29,409 nt of DNA from Bdellovibrionia bacterium (GCA_045805065.1 JBJMMA010000010.1:1-29409); one strand, 5' to 3'; counted from the stretch's first letter, positions 1 through 9,344 are shown. Notes: generated by a model from the sequence alone, not told the origin. Program-made: numbers and translations.

Positions 1-90
1 CTGAATGTCGCCGCTTATCAGGCACGTATCCAGGATTTAGAAAAGCAGCTCTCTGATATACTTTCCCAGCCGCCCGAGAAGAAGAAATAG
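1..90 (+). CDS. 3' end of a CDS entering from the left (partial, product unknown)
   Basis: Frame 1 is open from base 1 to TAG at 88-90 (LNVAAYQARIQDLEKQLSDILSQPPEKKK*), followed by a terminator-like hairpin. Confidence 0.6.
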   Translation: MNVAAYQARIQDLEKQLSDILSQPPEKKK

Positions 91-104
91 CGGCCCATAA
101 AATA

Positions 105-160
105 AAAATCGGTCAGAGCGGGCACTGACGTTTGGGGGGCAGTGCGCTCTGACCGATTTT
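105..160. terminator. Probable bidirectional intrinsic terminator between convergent genes
   Basis: AAAATCGGTCAGAGCG (105-120) pairs perfectly with CGCTCTGACCGATTTT (145-160). There is an inner CACTG/CAGTG stem, and A/T tracts lie on both sides. Confidence 0.7.
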
Positions 161-265
161 AATCACTCGAAGATGACCGAACCGAAGCGCGGTCACACCC
201 GAGAAATGCATCCGATATGCCACTCAAGACGAGCGGCCCAGAATTTAACCGGACTTTAGTTGGAC

Positions 266-1660
266 TTATTCGAGACCATAGCGACGGCGTTTGCGCCAAA
301 GCGTGCTGAGGTTGATTCCCAGCGTGCTTGCCGCTTCTTCAAGCGTGGCAGCCGTGCTGAGCACATGTTGAATGTGCTGCTTTTCAAGCTCTTCTAAGCT
401 GACATCACTTGGAGTCATCGCGCTCATCTGCCCAGCCGTCAGTGCATGCAGTCCATGCAGCCCATGTAGCCCATCGCCAGGCTGTCCAGCATGCTCAAGC
501 ACGCGGTCTGGAAGATCTTCAACCGTGACCATTTCACCAGCACATAGAATGGCTGCGCGCTCAAGAGCGTTCTTGAGCTCACGGATGTTACCAGGCCATC
601 CGTAAGCGAGAATCGCCTTCTTAGCGCCATCACTCAATGGACGAGATTTGCGGCCAGTTGCCACGAATGAACGAGTGAGAAGCTGCTCAGCCAATGTCAG
701 AATGTCTTCTGGACGCTGGCGGAGAGATGGCATGTGAAGCTCAATCACGTTCAAGCGGAAGTACAAGTCTTCGCGGAAACGACCTTCCCTCACCTCGCGC
801 TCCAGATCCTTGTTCGTGGCAGCGATAATACGAACATCCACGCGGATGGTCTTAGTGTCACCGACGCGCTCAAACTCGCGCTCCTGCAAGAAGCGCAAAA
901 GTTTCGTCTGAAGGCTTGGAGAGATTTCGCCGATTTCGTCCAGGAACACCGTGCCGGTATCAGCCACTTGGAGGCGGCCCATCTTATCCTTCACAGCGCC
1001 CGTAAACGATCCACGGACGTGACCGAAGAGCTCGCTCTCCAGCAAGTTCTCAGACAACGTCGCGCAGTTCACGACAGCGAACGGACCCTTGGCGCGCGCG
1101 CTACCATCGTGGATCAGCTTAGCAAGCAAAGTCTTACCGGTACCGCTCTCACCCGTGATGAGAATCGTGGAATCGGTCACTGCAACTTTCCTTGCAGTAT
1201 CCAAAACTTTTTGCATGCGGCCGTTTTCGGTTTGAATCGATGAAGGCTCAGAAAGAGCATCCACCTGATCGCGCAGCTTGGTGTTCTCTTCACGCAAGCG
1301 GCGGAACTCTTCGATACGCTCAACCAAATGCTCGAGCTGTTCAGGCGTAAACGGCTTAACGAGATAATCGTAAGCGCCGTTCTTCATCGCAGAAACAGCC
1401 GTATCAATGGTTGCAAAGGCGGTCATGATCACGACAGTCACGGTTGGGAAATACTCACGTGCCTTGCCAAGAAGATCCAGGCCGCTCATGCCATCCATAC
1501 GGAGGTCAGTGAGCAGGATTTCCGGGATGTTCCGTCGCATAAGCGATAGAGCCATTTCGCCGCTATCCGCAACTTCCACCTGATGTCCGGCAGCTTTCAT
1601 CGCCGCCTCAATCGTGCTGCAAATACTCTTTTCGTCATCAACCACAAGCAGACGCGCCAC
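266..1660 (-). CDS. Sigma54-dependent response regulator (NtrC/AtoC family, AlgB-like)
   Basis: Receiver domain (LLVVDDE, DLRMD, KPF), AAA+ Walker A GESGTGKT, GSFTGA loop, FLDEIGE, WPGNIRELKN and a Fis-type HTH. The C-terminus (LEEAASTLGINLSTLWRKRRRYGL) resembles Pseudomonas AlgB as I recall it. GTG start overlaps the kinase stop. Confidence 0.93.
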   Translation of the reverse strand: MARLLVVDDEKSICSTIEAAMKAAGHQVEVADSGEMALSLMRRNIPEILLTDLRMDGMSGLDLLGKAREYFPTVTVVIMTAFATIDTAVSAMKNGAYDYLVKPFTPEQLEHLVERIEEFRRLREENTKLRDQVDALSEPSSIQTENGRMQKVLDTARKVAVTDSTILITGESGTGKTLLAKLIHDGSARAKGPFAVVNCATLSENLLESELFGHVRGSFTGAVKDKMGRLQVADTGTVFLDEIGEISPSLQTKLLRFLQEREFERVGDTKTIRVDVRIIAATNKDLEREVREGRFREDLYFRLNVIELHMPSLRQRPEDILTLAEQLLTRSFVATGRKSRPLSDGAKKAILAYGWPGNIRELKNALERAAILCAGEMVTVEDLPDRVLEHAGQPGDGLHGLHGLHALTAGQMSAMTPSDVSLEELEKQHIQHVLSTAATLEEAASTLGINLSTLWRKRRRYGLE

Positions 1661-3854
1661 TCGAAGCTCCTTTCTTCACTAGAGACATTGAAACTTCCTG
1701 AACTGAGTCTACAGCCACCGGCTCCGGTGCTTCGGCTGGAGACTTTAAACCGAGAGATTCATTAGATTTGGATGGGGATTGGGATTGCGAAGCCTCACTC
1801 TTAGGCAAGGACTCGCTCATTTTACGTTTGATTGGAAGGGTGAAACCGAACTCGGCTCCCTGTCCAGGCTCGCTCGATACCCAGATGCGTCCCCCGTGAG
1901 CTGTTACGATTTCACGGGCAATAGAAAGTCCTGCGCCAGTACTGCCAGAACGGGCTACTCGGATATCATAGAAAGATGAGAACTTATCGAAAATCTTGCT
2001 CTGACGTTTGAGTTCGATTCCAGGTCCAGAATCCTTGACCCGAACCTCAACCCACTCGTCGCTCGAATGAATCAAGCGTGCTTCAACAGCACCGCCTCGA
2101 GGCGTATGCCGAAGGGCATTGGTCAATAGGTTCGAAATCGCCCAAGCGACCTTGGATGGATCCATCGAGATCATCAGATTCTTAACGATGCGCTCGTTCT
2201 CGTCTTTGCCCTGAGCCGCAAAAGTCAGCGTGATATCGCGTTGACGAGCTTGAACTTGGAAAGATTGCACTGAGTTCTTCAGCAGCTTGACCAGATCAAT
2301 GTTCTGGAACTCAAGCTTCTGGATCATGAGATCGAAGCGAGAGATCGTCAGCAAATCATCGAGCAGGCGACGCAAACGATCCACATCCTCAACGCAGGTC
2401 AAAATCAGATTGCGATGAGTCGGATTTGGAATCTCCTGAATCATCTTGCTCAAAAGACGAGTCGCCATCGTGAGACTGGTCACAGGCGTTTTGATCTCAT
2501 GAGAAAGAGTGGCCAGAAAGTGGCCCTTGGCCTCTTGGCTTTCGCGAACCAGGGTCACGTCTTGAGCAACGACGATCGTATTGGCCTGGAAGCGATCCAG
2601 GATCTGCTCAAGCGGGCCTTTCACCGAATGCTCGATCTGCTCAATGAGGTCGTAGGAAATCGGATAGGCCTGAATCAGGTAGTAAGACTTGCGATCGCGC
2701 TCTTCAACTTCCATCTCAACTGGCATCGTCTGAGTAATGGAAGCCAGGATGGCTCGCGCGCACCGATTGCTGCGATCATCTTCTGGGTCAGAGAGGCCAG
2801 ACTCTGATTGAGACTGTACATGAGAAGGAGCTTCAGCCAAAGAGCGCAGGCTCATTCCTACAGGAGCCATTCCCACATTGCTGATGGCCCCGCTTTGAGG
2901 TCCAACGTTCTTCCCTCCCCGATTGGACTCCAACATGCGTTGGGCAATGGGGTTCACGTAAAGGATTTCGTCTCCCCGAAGAAGGAAAATCCCGTCCGTA
3001 ATCGACGCCGCAATAATATCCGCGCGACGCTTCTCAATCAGAAGACGTCGAACATTCAGAGCGCGATAACCACGAAGTCTTTGAAGAAGCTGCTCAAAGC
3101 TTTTCGCAACCAGGGCCGTTTCAGGAGCTTGAGACTCAAGCTGCGGTAATTCGCCTGGCAGATCATCTTCCACGTTCACTCGGTCCAGGAAATTGACCAG
3201 TGAGTTCAGTGGGCGCGTCACCACGGCAAAAATGAGCCATCCTGCCACGACGCAAAGAAGGATAAAGATGGCCAAGAAGTAAAGCGCCGTACGACTCGCG
3301 TTTTCCTGCGAAAGATTGATCTCATGCAGGGTTTTAAAGGTCGAGTTGGCGTTGAGCTCGATGAGGCCGTTTACGGTGTTGGCGACATCTTGATAGTAAG
3401 TGCGTAATAATGCACGGCTTTGATCCGTTCCACGAATTGGATCTGCGCCAGAAAGAGCATGAATATAGGTTTGAAACCGAATGTCCAGGCGACTCAGCAT
3501 GTCCTGGGCTTCGTGGGAGTCTTTGAACTCACCCGCGTAATTCTGCATCAGTTCGCGGAATCGGCGAACTTCCCAAGTCGTGGCTTCGCCTAAGCGCGCA
3601 CGCTGATCAATCTCTGAAAGCCCATCCAGAAGCTCACTTCCCAACAAAGTTTGCCTGCGGGAGGCATCAGCCACCTGGGCATTTCGGATGGAAGTTTGAT
3701 TCTGCTTGATGACTAAATAGAGAGTTCCGGACGCGATGAGGCACACGAGTGCCGCGAAAACCAAAAAGACACGTCTCTTCAACGAGAAACTTTGGCTTCC
3801 AAAAAGATTTTGCGCTGACCTTCTTAAAGAAGAAGGAAAGGAAAATGTCCCCAT
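1638..3854 (-). CDS. Membrane sensor histidine kinase (2 TM, HAMP, PAS-like, HisKA, HATPase; KinB-like)
   Basis: Two hydrophobic segments flank a periplasmic region. H-box LSHEIKTPV, N-box NLLTNALRH, G1 DSGPGI, G2 STGAGLSI. Start moved to ATG 3854, which has a GAGGGGG RBS. Confidence 0.92.
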   Translation of the reverse strand: MGTFSFPSSLRRSAQNLFGSQSFSLKRRVFLVFAALVCLIASGTLYLVIKQNQTSIRNAQVADASRRQTLLGSELLDGLSEIDQRARLGEATTWEVRRFRELMQNYAGEFKDSHEAQDMLSRLDIRFQTYIHALSGADPIRGTDQSRALLRTYYQDVANTVNGLIELNANSTFKTLHEINLSQENASRTALYFLAIFILLCVVAGWLIFAVVTRPLNSLVNFLDRVNVEDDLPGELPQLESQAPETALVAKSFEQLLQRLRGYRALNVRRLLIEKRRADIIAASITDGIFLLRGDEILYVNPIAQRMLESNRGGKNVGPQSGAISNVGMAPVGMSLRSLAEAPSHVQSQSESGLSDPEDDRSNRCARAILASITQTMPVEMEVEERDRKSYYLIQAYPISYDLIEQIEHSVKGPLEQILDRFQANTIVVAQDVTLVRESQEAKGHFLATLSHEIKTPVTSLTMATRLLSKMIQEIPNPTHRNLILTCVEDVDRLRRLLDDLLTISRFDLMIQKLEFQNIDLVKLLKNSVQSFQVQARQRDITLTFAAQGKDENERIVKNLMISMDPSKVAWAISNLLTNALRHTPRGGAVEARLIHSSDEWVEVRVKDSGPGIELKRQSKIFDKFSSFYDIRVARSGSTGAGLSIAREIVTAHGGRIWVSSEPGQGAEFGFTLPIKRKMSESLPKSEASQSQSPSKSNESLGLKSPAEAPEPVAVDSVQEVSMSLVKKGASSGASACG

Positions 3855-3905
3855 GCGTTCGCCCCCCTCAAACGAAAGTGGTCCTTTACCTAGCTGGCGA
3901 GCTAA

Positions 3906-3922
3906 CGCAAATGCTATACCGA
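3906..3922 (-). promoter_or_regulatory. Putative sigma54 -24/-12 promoter for the kinase-regulator operon
   Basis: Minus strand TCGGTATAGCATTTGCG gives GG-N10-GC with TTGC, about 50 nt upstream of ATG 3854. Confidence 0.55.
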
Positions 3923-3979
3923 AGTGACTTCTTTTGATTTCAGGCACTTAACAAATCGCGTGAACCTCAGGCAGACCAC

Positions 3980-4012
3980 TTCTTGCAAATTGCACGTTTC
4001 AAGTTGCAAGAA
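3980..4012. promoter_or_regulatory. Putative upstream activator sequence for an enhancer-binding protein
   Basis: TTCTTGCAA...TTGCAAGAA inverted repeat that also reads as tandem TTGCAAATTGCA / TTTCAAGTTGCA units, 60-90 bp upstream of the -24 element. Confidence 0.5.
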
Positions 4013-4161
4013 ATCGCCATTCAACGCGAATCCCCCAAAGCCATTTCGGCACTAAACTACCCCAAAATCTCATGACAAAGATCTATTCCTAAATCCCCAA
4101 TCAAGGACCTTGCTCCTCAAAACTCCTGATCCCGTAAGTCGGAATCATCGGAGCCCGAAGA

Positions 4162-4551
4162 TCAGCGAGTCGCGATATGAGGACTCCGAGTCCGCGCGTT
4201 CTGCCTTTCTTCGAAGGTCTGGCAATTCGCACATAACCGGGCTTCTGGCAAGACCATCAAGCGCCGTGGTGGAATATCTTCCCCACAGTCCTCGCAGACT
4301 CCAAAACTACCGGTGGACATCTTCGAAAGGGCTCTTTCGATGGCCAGAAGCTCGCGGCGCTCTTGCTCTGCAAGAGAAGCATCACGGCCCAGCTGTTCCA
4401 GCGTTTGGGCGATATCAATGATTTCAGCCTGCGGAGTATTGAGGTGGTCCATCATATTGATGTCATACTCCGAGTTCTGTCCGATTTTCTTCCAGCGTGT
4501 GAGCAGATTGTCGCGGATTTGCTCCAGCATCTTCCCGTCCATAGTTCCCAT
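4162..4551 (-). CDS. DksA/TraR family C4 zinc-finger transcription factor
   Basis: Coiled coil with tip motif EIIDIA, followed by CEDC-x17-CANC (GVCEDCGEDIPPRRLMVLPEARLCANCQ). GAGG/AGGAGG upstream. Confidence 0.9.
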   Translation of the reverse strand: MGTMDGKMLEQIRDNLLTRWKKIGQNSEYDINMMDHLNTPQAEIIDIAQTLEQLGRDASLAEQERRELLAIERALSKMSTGSFGVCEDCGEDIPPRRLMVLPEARLCANCQTFEERQNARTRSPHIATR

Positions 4552-4635
4552 AACCTCGCATCCTCCTGCCTTGTTGTTCTGTCTTAGTTGCCCATCAGTT
4601 GTTGCTCGAGAAGCCCCGCAAGTTCCGGCCAGAAA

Positions 4636-4652
4636 TGCGAATTCCAGGCCAG
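4636..4652 (-). promoter_or_regulatory. Possible sigma54 promoter upstream of the dksA-like gene
   Basis: Minus strand CTGGCCTGGAATTCGCA gives GG-N10-GC, an imperfect match to TGGCAC-N5-TTGCW. Confidence 0.3.
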
Positions 4653-4736
4653 GGGATTGCTTCGCCCCGGGTCAGACCGATGAGTCAAATAGGTCAAGAG
4701 GAGAGATGGTGAGAACTAACTAGGGAACTGATGAGA

Positions 4737-5681
4737 CTAAAGCGTGCGATCGCAAGCCGCGGCGAAAGCCTGTAAATAGCGGCTCGATAGAGGGCGTTTC
4801 ATCCGTTGAGCCATCTCCAAGCTCGTTTTACACAGCAATTGGAGATCAATTCCGGTCTTCATCCCCATCCCGTCGAGCATGAAAACCAGGTCCTCAGTCG
4901 CGAGATTGCCCGTAGCGCCAGGAGCGAAAGGACAGCCCCCCAGTCCTCCTGCAGAGCTATCCACGATTCGAACCCCGAGCTCCAACGCGCGCAAGGTATT
5001 GGCGAGCGCGGTGCCGCGAGTATCATGAAAATGCACGGCAATTCGCTTCGGGCCTTCTGAACGACCGTAGATTTTCAGTGCAGGTTGAATGACGGCATCG
5101 ACATCTTTAGGAGTCGCAACGCCAATGGTGTCCCCGATGGAGATCTGGTCCACGCCAAGCTTTGCCAGGCTTTCGATGACCTTCAGCGTCTTCTTGGGTG
5201 GCACCTTGCCCTCGAACGGGCAGCCAAAGGCCGTCGACACATAAGCGCGAATCAGCGTTCCTTTACGCGATGCCTTTCGAGCTGCAGGAACCAGCGCCGC
5301 AATCTGCTTGAGCGATTCAGAAACGCTCATTCCGATATTGCGCTGATTGAAAGCTTCAGAGGTCGCTGTGAAAACTGCAAGATTCTTTGCACCGCACTGA
5401 AGTGCGCGCTCCAGGCCCTTTTGATTGGGAATCAGAGCCCAGCCTCGCGCTTTGGCGAGATTCAGCTTTCCGGAGTCCACGGCCGCATAGACACGCTCGG
5501 TATCTGCCATTTGAGGCACGCGGTCCGGGCGTACGAATGCGCCGATCTCCACATCCTTCACTCCAGCCTGCACCAGGCCAGAGATGAACCAGAGGCGATC
5601 CTCCAGGCTTAAAGGACGAGGCTCGTTTTGAAGTCCGTCACGAGGACCTACTTCAAAAACGGTGACGCGGTTATCCGCCAT
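4737..5681 (-). CDS. liuE: Hydroxymethylglutaryl-CoA lyase
   Basis: Motifs EVGPRDGLQNE, GDTIG, HFHDTRG, GLGGCPFAPGATGNLATED. Start set at ATG 5681 (GAGGGG RBS), overlapping the upstream gene end. Confidence 0.95.
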   Translation of the reverse strand: MADNRVTVFEVGPRDGLQNEPRPLSLEDRLWFISGLVQAGVKDVEIGAFVRPDRVPQMADTERVYAAVDSGKLNLAKARGWALIPNQKGLERALQCGAKNLAVFTATSEAFNQRNIGMSVSESLKQIAALVPAARKASRKGTLIRAYVSTAFGCPFEGKVPPKKTLKVIESLAKLGVDQISIGDTIGVATPKDVDAVIQPALKIYGRSEGPKRIAVHFHDTRGTALANTLRALELGVRIVDSSAGGLGGCPFAPGATGNLATEDLVFMLDGMGMKTGIDLQLLCKTSLEMAQRMKRPLSSRYLQAFAAACDRTL

Positions 5682-6147
5682 TGGACCCCTCACCCGACTC
5701 TTCAAAGTCAAAGAAACGATCTCCCGGGGAGAGCTGCTGGCCTTCCGCCACGAGAATCTTTTTGACGACTCCTGCCGAAGGAGCTTTCACGGTAAATTCC
5801 ATTTTCATCGCTTCGATCAGAATCAAAGGCACCCCTGCCTCGACCTGAGCACCCGCTTCCACCAGCACTTTGCGTACCTTGCCTGGAAACTGCGCGGTAA
5901 GATCGGAGTCTCCGCCTGACGCTTGCGCACCATGGCCCTTGCGTTCCGAAATCCATTCCCCAAAGTAAAGCTGTCCGCCGATGGCAGCGCTTGCGCGACC
6001 CTTGCCCTCGACGTACGCAAAACGGCGACGCTCCCCGGCAGGCCCTTCAGCCAGGATCCATCCACCTGGACGGACAGAGAACTTCCAAACTGAGAGCTCA
6101 GCGGGAGCCTTGAACTTCTTTCCTGAAACTTTCAGAGACTCGCTCAT
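5671..6147 (-). CDS. Biotin carboxyl carrier subunit (C-terminal part of a split methylcrotonyl-CoA carboxylase alpha)
   Basis: Biotinylation motif EAMKME within a biotinyl-lipoyl domain. 4-nt overlap with the biotin carboxylase gene. Confidence 0.9.
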   Translation of the reverse strand: MSESLKVSGKKFKAPAELSVWKFSVRPGGWILAEGPAGERRRFAYVEGKGRASAAIGGQLYFGEWISERKGHGAQASGGDSDLTAQFPGKVRKVLVEAGAQVEAGVPLILIEAMKMEFTVKAPSAGVVKKILVAEGQQLSPGDRFFDFEESGEGSNGG

Positions 6148-7616
6148 CGCGCATCTCCTTTATAAATGGAAAATGGAGAAACAGCCTGAGGGGCACCGTT
6201 GGCAGCGCCACTGGCTGCTGCACTCATACGTTGAGATGTCACGCGTTGACTGTGCGCCGCTGCCAGAATGGAGAGATCTTGCTCTTCGATCTTTGGCGCG
6301 TAATCGCCGTACTTTTCTCCGAGATAACCGGTATGCACGCGACCTTCCTTGACGGCTGGATCATCCGCGAGGGTACGCAGATAGTTCTGATTGGTCCCCA
6401 TTCCCAGGATCACGGTTTCATCCAGGGCAAAGCGCATGCGGGCCAGCGCGTGATCGCGGTTTGGAGCATGCACGATGAGTTTTGCGAGCATGGAATCAAA
6501 TGAGGTTCCCACGGTCTGGCCTTCCTCGATTCCGCTATCCACGCGAATTCCTGGCCCCGTTGGCCAACGAAGCATCTCCACTTTTCCTGGCGTCGGCATA
6601 AAGCCTTGCGCCGGGTCTTCCGCGTAGATGCGAACTTCGATCGCATGGCCACGTGGCTCAGGCGTGTGAGTCAGAATCGTCTCCTGAGGATCCAGGGCTT
6701 GCGTGATTTGTGCCCAAACCAGATCGACTCCTGTGACCAGTTCGGTGACCGGATGCTCGACTTGAAGACGCGTGTTCATTTCCAGGAAGTAGAACCCCCC
6801 GTTCGCATCAACCAGAAACTCAAGCGTGCCTGCGCTACGATACTTCACGGCGCGAAGAAGTCTCAGAGCAGCCTCGTGCAATCCGGTACGCGTCTCGTGC
6901 GAGAGATGAGGAGCGGTTGCCTCTTCCCAAACCTTTTGGTGGCGACGCTGGAGCGAGCATTCGCGATCAAAAAGATGAATCCCGTTACCGCGTCCATCGC
7001 CAAAGACCTGCACTTCGATGTGGCGAGGTCTTTCCACGAGTCGCTCCAGAAACAAGGTGCCATCGCCGAACGCGGCCAGCGCTTCTGCGCTTGCGCTCTC
7101 GGCTGCGGCTTCGACGTCTTCCACGCGATCCACCCGGCGCATGCCCTTACCGCCCCCGCCAGCCGAAGCCTTGAGAAGCAGCGGAAAACCAATCTTTTTG
7201 GCAACGCTGAGGATATCCGAACCTCGAGCAACCTTTGCCCAAGGCAGTGTTGGAACATTCTGGCTTGCGGCAAGTTCTTTTGCCGCAATCTTTCCACCCA
7301 TGAGCTCCATGGTCTCGGCGCGCGGGCCGACAAAGTGGATTCCGGCTTTTTCGACCGCGTCGGCAAACGCGGGACGCTCGGACAAGAATCCGTAGCCAGG
7401 ATGGATCAACGTTGCGCGCGACTTTTGCGCGGCCTCAACGACTGCCTTCACGTCCAGGTAGCTTGCAACCGGGATGATCTCATCAGCATAGGTCAGATGG
7501 CGCGCTTCTTCGTCTCCAGGAGCGAAAATCCCAACAGTCGGGATCCCCATCTCGCGGCAGGTCTGAAAGATGCGGCAGGCGATTTCGGAGCGGTTCGCAA
7601 CGAGGAGTTTTTCCAT
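6144..7616 (-). CDS. Biotin carboxylase subunit (methylcrotonyl-CoA carboxylase alpha, N-terminal part)
   Basis: Motifs KLLVANRSEIA, HPGYGFLSE, GGGGKGMR, RECSLQRRHQK, EMNTRLQVEHPVTE, in a liu cluster context. Confidence 0.93.
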   Translation of the reverse strand: MEKLLVANRSEIACRIFQTCREMGIPTVGIFAPGDEEARHLTYADEIIPVASYLDVKAVVEAAQKSRATLIHPGYGFLSERPAFADAVEKAGIHFVGPRAETMELMGGKIAAKELAASQNVPTLPWAKVARGSDILSVAKKIGFPLLLKASAGGGGKGMRRVDRVEDVEAAAESASAEALAAFGDGTLFLERLVERPRHIEVQVFGDGRGNGIHLFDRECSLQRRHQKVWEEATAPHLSHETRTGLHEAALRLLRAVKYRSAGTLEFLVDANGGFYFLEMNTRLQVEHPVTELVTGVDLVWAQITQALDPQETILTHTPEPRGHAIEVRIYAEDPAQGFMPTPGKVEMLRWPTGPGIRVDSGIEEGQTVGTSFDSMLAKLIVHAPNRDHALARMRFALDETVILGMGTNQNYLRTLADDPAVKEGRVHTGYLGEKYGDYAPKIEEQDLSILAAAHSQRVTSQRMSAAASGAANGAPQAVSPFSIYKGDAR

Positions 7617-7634
7617 GTCATGCCCTTGAGTGAA

Positions 7635-8453
7635 TTACTTTTCGGAGTTCTCAGAGATCCAGTTTGGCTTACGCTTTTCCAAGAACGCGCGAAGGCCTTC
7701 TTGCCCCTCTTTCGACACGCGAAGCTCAGCCAAAGTCTTTGCGACATACTCCATGCAGTCGGGAAGCTTTTTGCGGCGCTCTGGCCAGGCGAGATCCAAA
7801 ACCAGGCGCTTTGCGACTGCCATGGCGTTCGGGCCGCATTGAAGCATGTTGTTGACCATGCGATCGAGCGCGGTTTTGAGGGCTGCTTGATCGGCAACCA
7901 CTTCGTGAATCAGGCCGATTTCCTTTGCACGCGGTGCCAGAAATCTTTCCGCGCTCACAAAGAGGCTGCGCGCGTGCGTTGCGCCGATTTTTGAAATCAC
8001 GAACGGGCCGATGCACGCAGGAACAATTCCCAAACGAACTTCGCTCAGGCTGAACTGAGTTTCCTGCGTTGCGATCACGATATCGCAGATGCTGACAAGT
8101 CCCACGCCGCCACCGATGGCTGCGCCATGGATCGCACCAATCACGGGCTTTGGACATTCATTCATCGTGGCAAACATCTCGGTGAGCGCCATCGTGTCCT
8201 TGAGGTTGCCCTGGTAATCGAGCTCAATGGACTTTCTCATCCAATTGAGGTCACCGCCCGCTGAGAAGACGGGGCCCTCGCCTTTGAGGACGACGAGCCT
8301 GACTTCAGGCTTCAGCACTTCTTTTCCGAAAACGCGACCGAGTTCCTCGATCATCGTCTCGTTGAAGGCATTTCGAATGTCAGGGCGGTTGAGCGCGACT
8401 GTCATCACGCCGCGCGAGTCCAGGTTTACTTGAAGAGTTTGATAAGTCGACAT
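7635..8453 (-). CDS. liuC: Enoyl-CoA hydratase family protein, probable methylglutaconyl-CoA hydratase
   Basis: Motifs LNRPDIRNAFN, FSAGGDLNWM, GAAIGGGVGL, SEVRLGIVPA, EGQEGLRAFLEKRKPNW. Lies next to MCC and HMG-CoA lyase. Confidence 0.88.
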   Translation of the reverse strand: MSTYQTLQVNLDSRGVMTVALNRPDIRNAFNETMIEELGRVFGKEVLKPEVRLVVLKGEGPVFSAGGDLNWMRKSIELDYQGNLKDTMALTEMFATMNECPKPVIGAIHGAAIGGGVGLVSICDIVIATQETQFSLSEVRLGIVPACIGPFVISKIGATHARSLFVSAERFLAPRAKEIGLIHEVVADQAALKTALDRMVNNMLQCGPNAMAVAKRLVLDLAWPERRKKLPDCMEYVAKTLAELRVSKEGQEGLRAFLEKRKPNWISENSEK

Positions 8454-8652
8454 GATCGGGCCAACGTATCCAAACTCCCTTGGATTTTCAAAGGGTTCTC
8501 ATTCTTTGTCAGGCCTCTATACCGTATTAACGAGATCAGGATTTGCCGTTCAAGATTTGAATGACGCGAATTGCATTTCTTTGCATGCCCAGCGAGCGGG
8601 TGTATACCTGAGCTCATTATTTGTCCTGTACCTTTATAAGGAGATACCTGTT

Positions 8653-9216
8653 GTGAAAAAAATCATGAAGATTTCAAGCCTTCTGAGCATCGCTCTGATG
8701 GCAGTTGCTGTTTCGGCCTGTAAAACCATTGAGACCCCAGATGGAAAAATTCCAGCTGAGTACGTCGATGCCGCCAAAAAATACGAAGGAACCTACCACG
8801 GCCATTTTGAGCACATGGCGGGCGACCTCACGCTGAAGATCGAAGGCACGACCCCAGTTCTCACCTTCACGGATGGTCAAGGCAACGACATCATGGGTAA
8901 AGGCTGCGGCTCTTCGATCGGCCTGATGAAGTCCGTTACCGTTTCTGATGGCGATCAAGTCGCAATCCAAGACGCCACTTTCCAATTCAACCCAGGCTAC
9001 TGCGGTGAAGGCCGCGAGCTTCAAGTCAACGTTTCTCCTCGTGACGACGGAACGGTCATCAATGTTTCGGCTGTGAAGGGCCACTATGAATTCTACGTCC
9101 CTGGACAAATGGTTTGCCAGCCAGGTCATCACGGCCATCCAGTCTGCTACGAGACCCCTGGCCACTACGAGATCCGTTACCGTTATGTCTTCGGATCTTT
9201 CAAAAAGTCGAACTAA
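8653..9216 (+). CDS. Hypothetical lipoprotein
   Basis: GTG 8653 with AAGGAG RBS (ATG 8665 is an alternative). Signal KKIMKISSLLSIALMAVAVSA-C carries a lipobox. Four further Cys and a C-terminal CQPGHHGHPVC loop. Confidence 0.8.
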   Translation: MKKIMKISSLLSIALMAVAVSACKTIETPDGKIPAEYVDAAKKYEGTYHGHFEHMAGDLTLKIEGTTPVLTFTDGQGNDIMGKGCGSSIGLMKSVTVSDGDQVAIQDATFQFNPGYCGEGRELQVNVSPRDDGTVINVSAVKGHYEFYVPGQMVCQPGHHGHPVCYETPGHYEIRYRYVFGSFKKSN

Positions 9217-9270
9217 TCGGTCCTGAGACTCCAAAGGACCACGAAATCTTAGGGTGGCCATCGTCTTGTA

Positions 9271-9300
9271 ATCTCGGGCTGGCTCCGCCTGCCCTGGTCA
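9271..9300. repeat. Short REP-like hairpin, family B, copy 1
   Basis: ATCTC-GGGCTGGC-TCC-GCCTGCCC-TGGTCA; 28/30 identical to 21272-21301. Confidence 0.8.
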
Positions 9301-9344
9301 TTTTCCCGGCTTGAATTCAGGGACTATTCCTAATACATACCGAG

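Noticed and set aside
4707..4715. TGGTGAGAA match to the variable arm of hairpin copy 1
   Set aside because: A 9-nt match is expected by chance in 29 kb and is not evidence of targeting.
6606..7994. 462-aa + strand ORF
   Set aside because: It is the antisense shadow of the biotin carboxylase and hydratase genes, with no recognisable motifs.
8452..8652. N-terminal extensions given by the ORF track (here, and for the kinase, acs, GH84 and mltA)
   Set aside because: They overlap neighbouring genes or promoters; internal starts fit RBS, signal peptide or family N-termini better.
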